Shown in pieces: positions 56,691 through 64,000 of a DNA stretch of 64,000 bases (positions are counted from its first letter, which is position 1; every line of letters begins with the position of its first letter). The DNA is from an uncultured Bacteroidota bacterium (GTDB lineage: Bacteria > Bacteroidota > Bacteroidia > Flavobacteriales > Flavobacteriaceae): NCBI GenBank assembly GCA_902516925.1, contig CABYAF010000003.1, positions 14,423 to 78,422 of the forward strand. The letters run 5' to 3'. Under the pieces are notes generated by a model. It worked only from the letters and a program-made list of their open reading frames with translations, made no database searches and was not told the origin of the DNA. A program made the translations under genes and the position numbers.

Positions 56691-57622
56691 AAAAATTAGA
56701 TTTAATAGATTGTCATAATCGTATTAAACCATTTATTCATAACACTCCTGTCTTAACATCAAGTTACATAAATGAAATAACAGGTGCTGAAGTTTATTTT
56801 AAATGTGAAAATTTTCAAAAAATGGGTGCATTTAAAATGAGAGGAGCAGCAAATGCAATTCATAGACTTTCTAATAAACAGAAAAGTAACGGTGTTGTTA
56901 CTCACTCTTCTGGGAATCATGCTCAGGCAATTTCACTAGCTGCAAAACAAATTGGAATAAAAGCTTATATAGTTATGCCTTCAAATGCTCCTAAAATTAA
57001 AAAAGAGGCTGTTAAAGGTTATGGCGGGGAATTAATTGAATGTGAACCAAATCTTGTGGCTAGAGAAGCTGCAGCAAAAGATATAGTACATTCTAAGAGT
57101 GCTACTTTTATTCATCCATCCAATAATATAGATGTTATACTAGGTCAAGGTACTGCAACTAAAGAGCTTATAGAACAATATGGTTCTTTTGATCATATAT
57201 TGGTTCCAATAGGTGGAGGTGGTCTTATAGCTGGAAGCGCATTATCAGCAAAATATTTCGGAGATAATTGCACAGTTGTTGGGACAGAACCTTTTGAAGT
57301 AGATGATGCCTACAGATCTTTAATAAGTGGTAAAATTGAGACTAATATTACTACGAATACTATTGCTGACGGTTTAAGAACTCAGCTTGGAGATAAAAAT
57401 TTCCCTATTATTCTTAATGAAGTAAAGAAAATTATAAGAATTACAGAAGATGAGATAATTGATTCAATGAAATTAATTTGGCAACGCCTTAAGATAATAT
57501 GTGAACCTTCTTGTTCACTTCCACTAGCTGGAATCTTAAAAAATAAAGATGAGTTTAAAGGAAAAAAAATTGGAGTTGTTATTACAGGTGGTAATATAGA
57601 TTTGGGTAATCTTCCTTTTTAA
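56681..57622 (+). CDS. PLP-dependent serine/threonine dehydratase-family enzyme
   Basis: PLP lysine context ENFQKMGAFKMRGA, SSGNHAQA, and the Gly loop PIGGGGLIAG. 313 aa. Confidence 0.85.
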   Translation: MEIKKLDLIDCHNRIKPFIHNTPVLTSSYINEITGAEVYFKCENFQKMGAFKMRGAANAIHRLSNKQKSNGVVTHSSGNHAQAISLAAKQIGIKAYIVMPSNAPKIKKEAVKGYGGELIECEPNLVAREAAAKDIVHSKSATFIHPSNNIDVILGQGTATKELIEQYGSFDHILVPIGGGGLIAGSALSAKYFGDNCTVVGTEPFEVDDAYRSLISGKIETNITTNTIADGLRTQLGDKNFPIILNEVKKIIRITEDEIIDSMKLIWQRLKIICEPSCSLPLAGILKNKDEFKGKKIGVVITGGNIDLGNLPF

Positions 57623-58053
57623 GAAATTTTTCTAAAGCCCCATAGTGAGACTAAATATAAAAGGATACTTCCCCACCCAAGATAAATAAAAGGTGAGCTA
57701 GGGATGAGAAAATATGCCATAGCTTGAGTAGATATTACCATTATCCCAATACAAATCAATAAGTTTTTTGCAAAGGCTTTACTTTCAATAAACTTTGTTT
57801 TAGCAAAGGAAACTATAAAAAGACCTATTATAGAAACCCAAAGACCAAAGAAACGATAGATTTGCTTGAGGTAACCTGGTAGAGTTTCATTAATTTCTTC
57901 ACTGAATAGTTGATCGAAGGTCATATTAAGTCTTTCCTCATTTGCAACTTTATCAAGCATCCAAGGCTCATCAACCAGCATCCATCTAAATCCAAGAACA
58001 ATAAAAATAATTCCCAGTGTGACTATCGGTATTAAAAATATTTTTTTTGTCAT
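57619..58053 (-). CDS. Hypothetical 4-TM membrane protein
   Basis: I place the start at Met26 of the tracked ORF (ATG 58051-58053), because residues 1-25 are the translation of a tRNA gene. The protein has hydrophobic helices and I recognise no family. Confidence 0.5.
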   Translation of the reverse strand: MTKKIFLIPIVTLGIIFIVLGFRWMLVDEPWMLDKVANEERLNMTFDQLFSEEINETLPGYLKQIYRFFGLWVSIIGLFIVSFAKTKFIESKAFAKNLLICIGIMVISTQAMAYFLIPSSPFIYLGWGSILLYLVSLWGFRKIS

Positions 58054-58055
58054 AG

Positions 58056-58130
58056 TGGGTGATACTGGATTCGAACCAGTGACCCCTACCCTGTCAAGGT
58101 AGTGCTCTAAACCAACTGAGCTAATCACCC
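58056..58130 (-). tRNA. tRNA-Val (anticodon GAC)
   Basis: The reverse complement folds as a perfect cloverleaf. Acceptor GGGTGAT/ATCACCC; D stem GCTC/GAGC; anticodon stem CTACC/GGTAG with loop TTGACAG; variable loop GGGTC; T arm ACTGG-TTCGAAT-CCAGT; discriminator A. No encoded CCA. Confidence 0.9.
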
Positions 58131-58152
58131 TTTAGTGCAAATCTAAATGTAT

Positions 58153-60039
58153 TTATTTAAGATAATTTTCAAGAAAAGTTAAAATCTTCTCATTACCCTC
58201 AATTTGCTGTTCTTTTTTTATAAATCCGTGACCTGCATCTTCAAATAAAACATATTCAACATATGCACCAGCATCTCTTGCCTCTTGAACCATCTCATCT
58301 GATTCAATTTGTAAAACTCTTGGATCATTTGCCCCTTGAAGAACCATAACTGGATTTTTTATATTTTTTGCATGAAACAAAGGAGAAATATTATAGAGCC
58401 TCAAGGAGTCTTTTGAATATGGGTCTCCCATTTCTTTATACAGAGATTTTCTTGTTGATTCCCAATATGCTGGAATTGATCTTAACGTTCTAATCCAATT
58501 AGTTACTCCATAAATATTTACACCAACTTTGAATTCTTCGGGTTTAAAAGTCATAGCTGCCATTGTCATAAACCCACCATAACTTCCACCAATTATTCCT
58601 ATTTTATCAGGGTTAATATAATCTTGATCCTGAAGCCATTTTTTACCCCATACACAATCTTGGAGATCATCCTCACCATGATTCAGATCATCTAGCGAAT
58701 AAAATGTTTTTCCATATCCACTACTCCCTCTATTATTTACTGCAAGAATAGCATATCCATGATTAACGATATATTGAATTAAAGCGCGGTACCCGACACG
58801 TGATTGTCCACCAGGGCCTCCGTGAACCCAAACCAATGCTGGTACTTTATTTTTTTTATTGGCAGAGTGAGGCTTATAAAGTATAGCTGGAATCTCTAAT
58901 CCATCAAACGATTCATATCTAATTAATTCTGCATTTACAAGATCTTTAGGGTTTACATTTGAATTTAAATTTGAGGTAATTTTATTTAGTTTATTAGTTG
59001 ATAATTCATAGGTATAAATATCTCCTGGACTATTTGGGCTTCCAGCAGAAACTCTTAATAATTTCTCATCTTCAGAAAAACCAACACTATTTATATTCAT
59101 ATTTTCAAAGCCAATTAAATTTAGGTCAGATTGATCGTTCATATTTTTAATAGTAAGCTTATTTTGAGCATCTTCATTGACAGCTATTACCCTATATGAA
59201 TTGTTTTTTGAAAGATAACTAAATGCAACGTCCCAATTTGTTTTATATTCAATACTTCTTTCACCATTTTTTAAATTATATGACATCAAATAATAAAACT
59301 CACTATCATAGTTAGTAGTATAAAAGTAGTTTTCATCATTTTTATCAAAATTTTGTCCTGAGAAATTAGCAGCTTGATTTGAAATTTCAACTTGTTGATT
59401 ACTTTTAACATCATATAAAAATAATTTTTGCTCACTCCTAGAAAGGTTTAAACTTAAAACTAGGTAATTATCATTATTAGAAATACTGTTAAGGTTATAT
59501 CCAATATCATTTTTAAAAACCATTTCCGAGTTAAGTGTTGCAATGTCTATCTTGTATAAGTCAAAGAACCTTGGATCTCTAGAATTTGAAACAACATACA
59601 TCCCTAGTTCATCTTTTGTCCAGCCAACAAATGATGCTTTTGTATTTTCACCTGGGGTTAAGTCTATACTATTCCCTTTCCTAATTAAATAAATATGAGA
59701 ATTTTCATTACCCCCTTTATCTGCTGAGTATATAACCTCACCAGTATTTGGTGAGTAACCTCTTACAAAAAATGACTCCTCATTTGAGTCTGTTAACTGA
59801 GTTTCTTCATTAGTACTTAAATCAACTTCGTAAATATTAAATATTCCAGATTTATCTGAACTGTAAATTAATTTGTCTGCGTCTTTTGAAAAATATCCAC
59901 CTGAGCTTCTGTTATTTGACATAAGAGTCTCTATTGAATATTGCTGAATGTTTCTTGAATTATTGCATGATAGAACAAGAAAGAATACTGTAATTAATTT
60001 TAAAAAACTTTTCATATTTGGATTTTTTAATAAGCTCAA
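58153..60039 (-). CDS. S9-family serine peptidase (prolyl oligopeptidase/dipeptidyl peptidase type) with N-terminal beta-propeller
   Basis: Signal peptide with lipobox-like VLSC. Catalytic Ser in GGSYGG. C-terminal Asp/His region (GANDPRV, AGHGF). Confidence 0.85.
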   Translation of the reverse strand: MSLLKNPNMKSFLKLITVFFLVLSCNNSRNIQQYSIETLMSNNRSSGGYFSKDADKLIYSSDKSGIFNIYEVDLSTNEETQLTDSNEESFFVRGYSPNTGEVIYSADKGGNENSHIYLIRKGNSIDLTPGENTKASFVGWTKDELGMYVVSNSRDPRFFDLYKIDIATLNSEMVFKNDIGYNLNSISNNDNYLVLSLNLSRSEQKLFLYDVKSNQQVEISNQAANFSGQNFDKNDENYFYTTNYDSEFYYLMSYNLKNGERSIEYKTNWDVAFSYLSKNNSYRVIAVNEDAQNKLTIKNMNDQSDLNLIGFENMNINSVGFSEDEKLLRVSAGSPNSPGDIYTYELSTNKLNKITSNLNSNVNPKDLVNAELIRYESFDGLEIPAILYKPHSANKKNKVPALVWVHGGPGGQSRVGYRALIQYIVNHGYAILAVNNRGSSGYGKTFYSLDDLNHGEDDLQDCVWGKKWLQDQDYINPDKIGIIGGSYGGFMTMAAMTFKPEEFKVGVNIYGVTNWIRTLRSIPAYWESTRKSLYKEMGDPYSKDSLRLYNISPLFHAKNIKNPVMVLQGANDPRVLQIESDEMVQEARDAGAYVEYVLFEDAGHGFIKKEQQIEGNEKILTFLENYLK

Positions 60040-60113
60040 GATATTTATTTTTTAGTAATTACATAAATTTTCACCTTATCTATATTCACTTACAAATTTA
60101 AAAGATTTCTTTA

Positions 60114-60121
60114 TACTTTTG
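60114..60121 (+). promoter_or_regulatory. -7 box (TACTTTTG) 4 nt upstream of the ATG at 60126
   Basis: Exact TAnnTTTG match. Only 60122-60125 separates it from the start codon. Confidence 0.4.
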
Positions 60122-60125
60122 ATTA

Positions 60126-60743
60126 ATGAAACATTTATCTAAAAAGGACTTTGACGACTTACAGAAATTTTATAGAATCAATCTCATAAATTCATGTACG
60201 GGATATAAATCTGCTAATCTTATTGGCAGTATCTCAAGAGAAGGTGTTGAAAATGTAGCTGTCTTTAGTTCAATTACACATTTAGGTAGTAATCCTGCAA
60301 TGCTTGGATATATTTTAAGACCGACAACCGTTCCTAGAAACACATTTAAGAATATTAAGGAAACTAAATTGTTTACAGTTAACCATATAGTTAGTGACAT
60401 TATAAATGATGCTCATCATACAAGTGCAAAGTATCCAGAAGAAATTTCTGAATTTGATAAGACTAATCTTGAGCAGGAATATAAAGATGGATGCAAAGCA
60501 CCTTTTGTAAAAGGCTCACCCGTTCAGTTAGTTTGTAAATACCTTAATGAATATAATATTGAAGAAAATGGGACAATACTTGTAGTTGCTTCTATTGAAG
60601 AACTATATTTCAATGAAAATCTAATAAGTGATTCAGGATTTCTTCAATTAGATAAAGGGAATGTTGTTACAGTTAATGGTTGTGATGGATATGCACTACC
60701 AAGTTTGTTAAATAGATTTGAGTATCAAAGACCTAAAGAATAA
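60126..60743 (+). CDS. Flavin reductase-like (FMN-binding split-barrel) domain protein
   Basis: 205 aa. The pattern INS.TGYKSANLIGS....G..N.AVFSS..HLGSNP resembles flavin-reductase-like family proteins. Tentative. Confidence 0.5.
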   Translation: MKHLSKKDFDDLQKFYRINLINSCTGYKSANLIGSISREGVENVAVFSSITHLGSNPAMLGYILRPTTVPRNTFKNIKETKLFTVNHIVSDIINDAHHTSAKYPEEISEFDKTNLEQEYKDGCKAPFVKGSPVQLVCKYLNEYNIEENGTILVVASIEELYFNENLISDSGFLQLDKGNVVTVNGCDGYALPSLLNRFEYQRPKE

Positions 60744-61382
60744 ATGGACTTTATCTCTGAAAAAATAGCTGAATACCTCTCGCAAAACTCTGATAAAGAA
60801 CCAGAAATTTTATCAAAACTAAATAAGGAGACGCATCAAAAAATTCTTCAACCAAGAATGTTGAGTGGTCATCTACAAGGGAGGTTTTTAAGTTTAATAT
60901 CTAAAATTAAATCACCGTTTCATATACTTGAAATAGGAACATATACTGGATATGGCACTATATGTCTTGCAGAGGGTTTAGCAACTAATGGAAAAATTTT
61001 CACTATTGACAGGAATGAAGAACTTATTAATATTCAAAACAAATACTTTGAAGAAAGTGGGAATAGAGATAGAATAGTTCAACTTACTGGAAGAGCAACT
61101 GAAATATTAATGGATCTTGATGAAAATTTTGATCTTATCTTTATTGACGCTGATAAAGAAAATTATATAAAATACTTTGAAATAGTATCAAAGAAATTAA
61201 ATCCAAATGGTATAATAATATCTGATAATGTATTGTGGTCGGGCAAAGTAGTTGAGGAAAGTGATGGTGACCAAGAGACAAATACTTTAAAAAAATTTAA
61301 TAACCTTTTAAGTAAAGATGAAAGGTTTGAAACTATAATTCTCCCTCTCAGAGATGGTCTTTCTATCTCAAGATTAATTTAA
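60744..61382 (+). CDS. Class I SAM-dependent O-methyltransferase (family 3, caffeoyl-CoA OMT-like)
   Basis: SAM motif ILEIGTYTGYG, plus the DLIFIDADKENY and DNVLW motifs. Confidence 0.8.
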   Translation: MDFISEKIAEYLSQNSDKEPEILSKLNKETHQKILQPRMLSGHLQGRFLSLISKIKSPFHILEIGTYTGYGTICLAEGLATNGKIFTIDRNEELINIQNKYFEESGNRDRIVQLTGRATEILMDLDENFDLIFIDADKENYIKYFEIVSKKLNPNGIIISDNVLWSGKVVEESDGDQETNTLKKFNNLLSKDERFETIILPLRDGLSISRLI

Positions 61383-61667
61383 ATCTCTTTTTATTGAGTC
61401 TTTGAGATCATCAAAATCTTTTTTGATATCACTGACACTATCCTTTAAATCTTTAGTCACAGATTCTGTAGTATTTTTCATATCAGTATTTTTTGATATT
61501 TCTGTTTTTATTTCGTTTGTAGCTTGCCTTATTTGGGTCATACCTTTTGCCAATCCTTTAGCAATTGAAGGAATTTTATCTGCTCCAAATACTAATAAAA
61601 CAATAAAAAAGACAAAAACTAACTCTGCCCCGCTAATGAATAAAATCATAGTATCAAAACTAATCAT
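61374..61667 (-). CDS. tatA: Twin-arginine translocase TatA/TatE-family subunit
   Basis: N-terminal TM followed by the hinge LLVFGADKIPSIAKGLAKG, then an amphipathic charged tail. An alternative start at Met7 (61649) is possible. The start at 61667 forms an ATGA overlap with the upstream gene. Confidence 0.8.
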   Translation of the reverse strand: MISFDTMILFISGAELVFVFFIVLLVFGADKIPSIAKGLAKGMTQIRQATNEIKTEISKNTDMKNTTESVTKDLKDSVSDIKKDFDDLKDSIKRDLN

Positions 61668-62440
61668 AAATTCAACCTCTTAAAATTTTTTTTAAAATAT
61701 TCTATTACTATTGTGTAATTTCCCATTTTGAAGTCTTCTTCAATAGGGAAGTTTTGGAATGTAGATGTTACAAAATCATGAATAGCAATTTCTTCAAGCT
61801 CAAACTCATCAATAAAAAATCTAAGGCCATAAAATTTTATAATTTGATCTATTATATTGAAATCATTTTTAAATTCAATTTCTTTTCTCTTTTGTTTATA
61901 GTATCCTGATATCCAATTATACATCCTCTCTATATCTACACCGCCTACTAATGGTGCTAGTAAAACTTCCTTTACTAATTGTGAATTAGATGGAATATTC
62001 TCTTTTCTAATACCTGTAAATCCAGGTATACCTAAATCATCAAAGTTTAAGTTTTTTATTATACCTGAATTTTGAAGATCATTTAAAAGGCTTCCAGATA
62101 AACCACTTGAGTTTAATATTACCTCATCTAATTCATTTACAAACTCCTCCAAGTAAATTGTTAATGATACTGAATCAAAAATATCTTGATCTACAGTTAT
62201 TTTTTTTCTTTTAAATTGAATACCTGAAAATATAAGCTCATCATTAATATTTGTTAAAATTTTAAAATTTCCCTCAGAATCAGTGATTGTAGCTTCATCA
62301 GATGTAATATTTAAAACATGTATACCCTCAATTGAATATGAGTTATCATTATAAACGACACCATTAATTATCTTTTGATTTTCTGATTGTGAAAAGGAGC
62401 TAAATGATATTAAGAAGGAGACAAAAATAGAGTTTCTCAT
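61664..62440 (-). CDS. Secreted carboxypeptidase-regulatory-like domain protein (paralog 2)
   Basis: Signal peptide ending SFSQ. Beta-sandwich pattern NGVVYND..VLNITSDEATITDSEGNFKI...DELIFSGIQF, then ELDEVILN. ATGA overlaps at both ends. Confidence 0.6.
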   Translation of the reverse strand: MRNSIFVSFLISFSSFSQSENQKIINGVVYNDNSYSIEGIHVLNITSDEATITDSEGNFKILTNINDELIFSGIQFKRKKITVDQDIFDSVSLTIYLEEFVNELDEVILNSSGLSGSLLNDLQNSGIIKNLNFDDLGIPGFTGIRKENIPSNSQLVKEVLLAPLVGGVDIERMYNWISGYYKQKRKEIEFKNDFNIIDQIIKFYGLRFFIDEFELEEIAIHDFVTSTFQNFPIEEDFKMGNYTIVIEYFKKNFKRLNL

Positions 62441-63162
62441 TCAACTCTTAGTTCTTTATATATATCTGATTTATTTAATAAGTAATCTATTAACAGAAAT
62501 TGATTCTTTTTTATTATGAGCTGCTTAATTTCTTGATCGAGATCTAATTGTAATAAAAAATCATTTACCTCAAAAAATTCTAGATTAAGAACATCAGTAA
62601 AAAAATTTTCCTCTAAAATAAGAGGAAGAGCTTCACTTGGGAGAATACTAAGTTTTTCTTCTTCTGATTTAGAATCAACTAAAGAAGAAAGAAGTTTAAA
62701 AATATTTACAAAATTAAGTCCATCTACAAATTGTCTGTTGTCAGTAAGTATATTTTCAATTTTAGTAGACTTATCAGCTAAATAGTCAAAACCCTTAAAT
62801 TGTTCTTCTTTTAAGTCTAAAAACTTATCAGTATCATCAGGAGTAATCACAACTTCATCTAGCTCTCTAACTCTTTGATTTATTTGAACAATTAATCTTT
62901 TATTTTTTAATATTTCATCATTTATTCTAACCGTTCTAATAATGTACTGAACTGAAGAAAAGATTATTTCATCTCCTTCTTTGGCAAAAATTTCAAATTC
63001 TCCTTGATCATTGGTTATAGTTGATATCTGGGAGGTATTATTTATTACATTAGCTGCAGGAACATTAATATTTCTGTATATGACTTTTCCTTGGATTAGT
63101 TCTCTTTCTTGAGAAAAACTTAACTGTGATATGGTCAGTAATAAAATTATTTTTTTAAACAT
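62437..63162 (-). CDS. Secreted carboxypeptidase-regulatory-like domain protein (paralog 1)
   Basis: Signal peptide ending SFSQ. Pattern QGKVIYRN..VINNTSQISTITNDQGEFEIFAKEGDEIIFSSVQY, then ELDEVVIT, then an acidic helical-looking C-terminal half. Confidence 0.6.
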   Translation of the reverse strand: MFKKIILLLTISQLSFSQERELIQGKVIYRNINVPAANVINNTSQISTITNDQGEFEIFAKEGDEIIFSSVQYIIRTVRINDEILKNKRLIVQINQRVRELDEVVITPDDTDKFLDLKEEQFKGFDYLADKSTKIENILTDNRQFVDGLNFVNIFKLLSSLVDSKSEEEKLSILPSEALPLILEENFFTDVLNLEFFEVNDFLLQLDLDQEIKQLIIKKNQFLLIDYLLNKSDIYKELRVE

Positions 63163-63217
63163 TAGTTTTTGATTGATTTAAATTTACAAATAAATCAATG
63201 ATAAGTTCAATATATGA

Positions 63218-63973
63218 CTATCTAACAAAAACTGGCTCTAAAGGATTACTAGTTTCATTCTGGCTAAACATATATCCTGAAGAATTAAAACCTTCAATAT
63301 CTGAAATAGTCTTGATATCATTATCTATTAAGTATCTTGTCATTAACCCTCTAGCTTTTTTGGCATAAAATGAAATAATTTTGAGCTTTCCATTCTTAAA
63401 ATCCTTGAATTGAGGAGAAACTATAGTGTTAGGAATAATTGTTTTATCAATCACGGAGAAATATTCATTACTAGCAAGATTTACAATAAGATCATCCTCT
63501 TTTATTTCCTCTAATATTGAATTTGTAACATTTTCTTTCCAGAATTCATATAAATTTTTTGAACCATTAATAGAAATTTTAGTTCCCATTTCAAGTCTAT
63601 ATGCTTTAATTTTATCAAATGGTTTTAAGATTCCATAAAGACCTGATAGAATTCTTAATGAATCTTGAAGTTTTTCATGTTTAGACTTATTAATAGTATT
63701 AGCATCAATACCATCATAAACATCTCCATTAAAAGCAAAAACAGCTTCTTTTTCTTTTGAAGTATCATTTTTAAAGTCTTGATTTCTAGACCAATTTAGC
63801 TCACTCAATTTAGGTGATATGCTCATAAGGCTAGAAAGGTCAGGGGCAGATACATCTTTAATTACATCATTTATCAGGTGTGCCTGATCAGCAAATATAG
63901 GTTTGGAGCTTAAACTTGTCTCAACGTTTGTTTCAAAGTCAAGAGACTTTGCAGGTGAAATAAGAATTTTCAT
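63218..63973 (-). CDS. yaaA: YaaA-family (DUF328) peroxide-stress protein
   Basis: N-terminal MKILISPAKSLDF and the YaaA-like patterns LYGILKPFD and AKKARG.M.RY. 251 aa. Confidence 0.85.
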   Translation of the reverse strand: MKILISPAKSLDFETNVETSLSSKPIFADQAHLINDVIKDVSAPDLSSLMSISPKLSELNWSRNQDFKNDTSKEKEAVFAFNGDVYDGIDANTINKSKHEKLQDSLRILSGLYGILKPFDKIKAYRLEMGTKISINGSKNLYEFWKENVTNSILEEIKEDDLIVNLASNEYFSVIDKTIIPNTIVSPQFKDFKNGKLKIISFYAKKARGLMTRYLIDNDIKTISDIEGFNSSGYMFSQNETSNPLEPVFVR

Positions 63974-63982
63974 TTTTTATTT

Positions 63983-63990
63983 CAAATTTA
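63983..63990 (-). promoter_or_regulatory. -7 box (TAAATTTG) upstream of yaaA
   Basis: The reverse complement of caaattta gives an exact TAnnTTTG, 9 nt upstream of the ATG (63971-63973). Confidence 0.4.
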
Positions 63991-64000
63991 TAAATTTTTA

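Noticed and set aside
58054-58128. N-terminal 25 residues (MISSVGLEHYLDRVGVTGSNPVSPT) of the tracked ORF 57619..58128
   Set aside because: This stretch is the translation of the tRNA-Val gene, which folds as a perfect cloverleaf. The real CDS most plausibly starts at the ATG at 58051-58053.
1-64000. Search for CRISPR arrays, IS/transposase genes, integrases, prophage genes, toxin-antitoxin pairs, restriction-modification or other defence islands
   Set aside because: None found. Every ORF over 80 aa on the coding strand is accounted for by housekeeping or conserved hypothetical genes. There are no repeat-spacer arrays, no terminal inverted repeats, and no compositional island apart from the mildly GC-richer first gene.

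Overview
This is an AT-rich (about 30% GC by eye), very gene-dense stretch of core chromosome from a Bacteroidota genome, most likely a streamlined Flavobacteriia-type organism. Lineage evidence: gldC, a short sigma-A without region 1.1, TAnnTTTG -7 boxes upstream of many genes, SusC-type N-terminal domains, a long-tailed FtsZ, and murF detached from the dcw cluster. I call about 65 CDS and one tRNA-Val. Content in order: a GDGW-motif lipoprotein; trmH-like and a lipidated Omp85; fbaA-accD; rpsO-pnp; rpoD; rpe; kynU. Then a gapless 14-gene dcw operon (mraZ to ftsZ, plus yqeY) with a three-repeat MraZ operator. Then engB, gldC, nadE, an atypical LuxR response regulator, dnaG, a polyprenyl synthase, queA, aroA, a MazG-like protein, obg, adk, purKE, gcvP, a KAS III, mlaEF, PDH E1-alpha/E2, murF. 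Then an acs / solute:sodium symporter / DUF4212 operon, tandem NTF2-like lipoproteins, an S9 peptidase, and an operon of two carboxypeptidase-regulatory-like proteins plus tatA, followed by yaaA. I see no rRNA, CRISPR array, IS element, integrase, phage gene or recognisable defence gene, and no intergenic region longer than about 120 bp. I did not find convincing evidence for a wholly new multi-gene system. The best candidates for follow-up are the translationally coupled headless-SusC-N-terminus pair with tatA, the Asp-to-Glu orphan response regulator, the tandem secreted NTF2-like lipoproteins and the GDGW lipoprotein. Notable architectural features are the MraZ operator, a tRNA abutting a CDS, apparently leaderless promoters, overlapping convergent gene ends, and loss of zinc ligands in DnaG and AccD. 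All functional calls come from motif recognition by eye; no database search was run.
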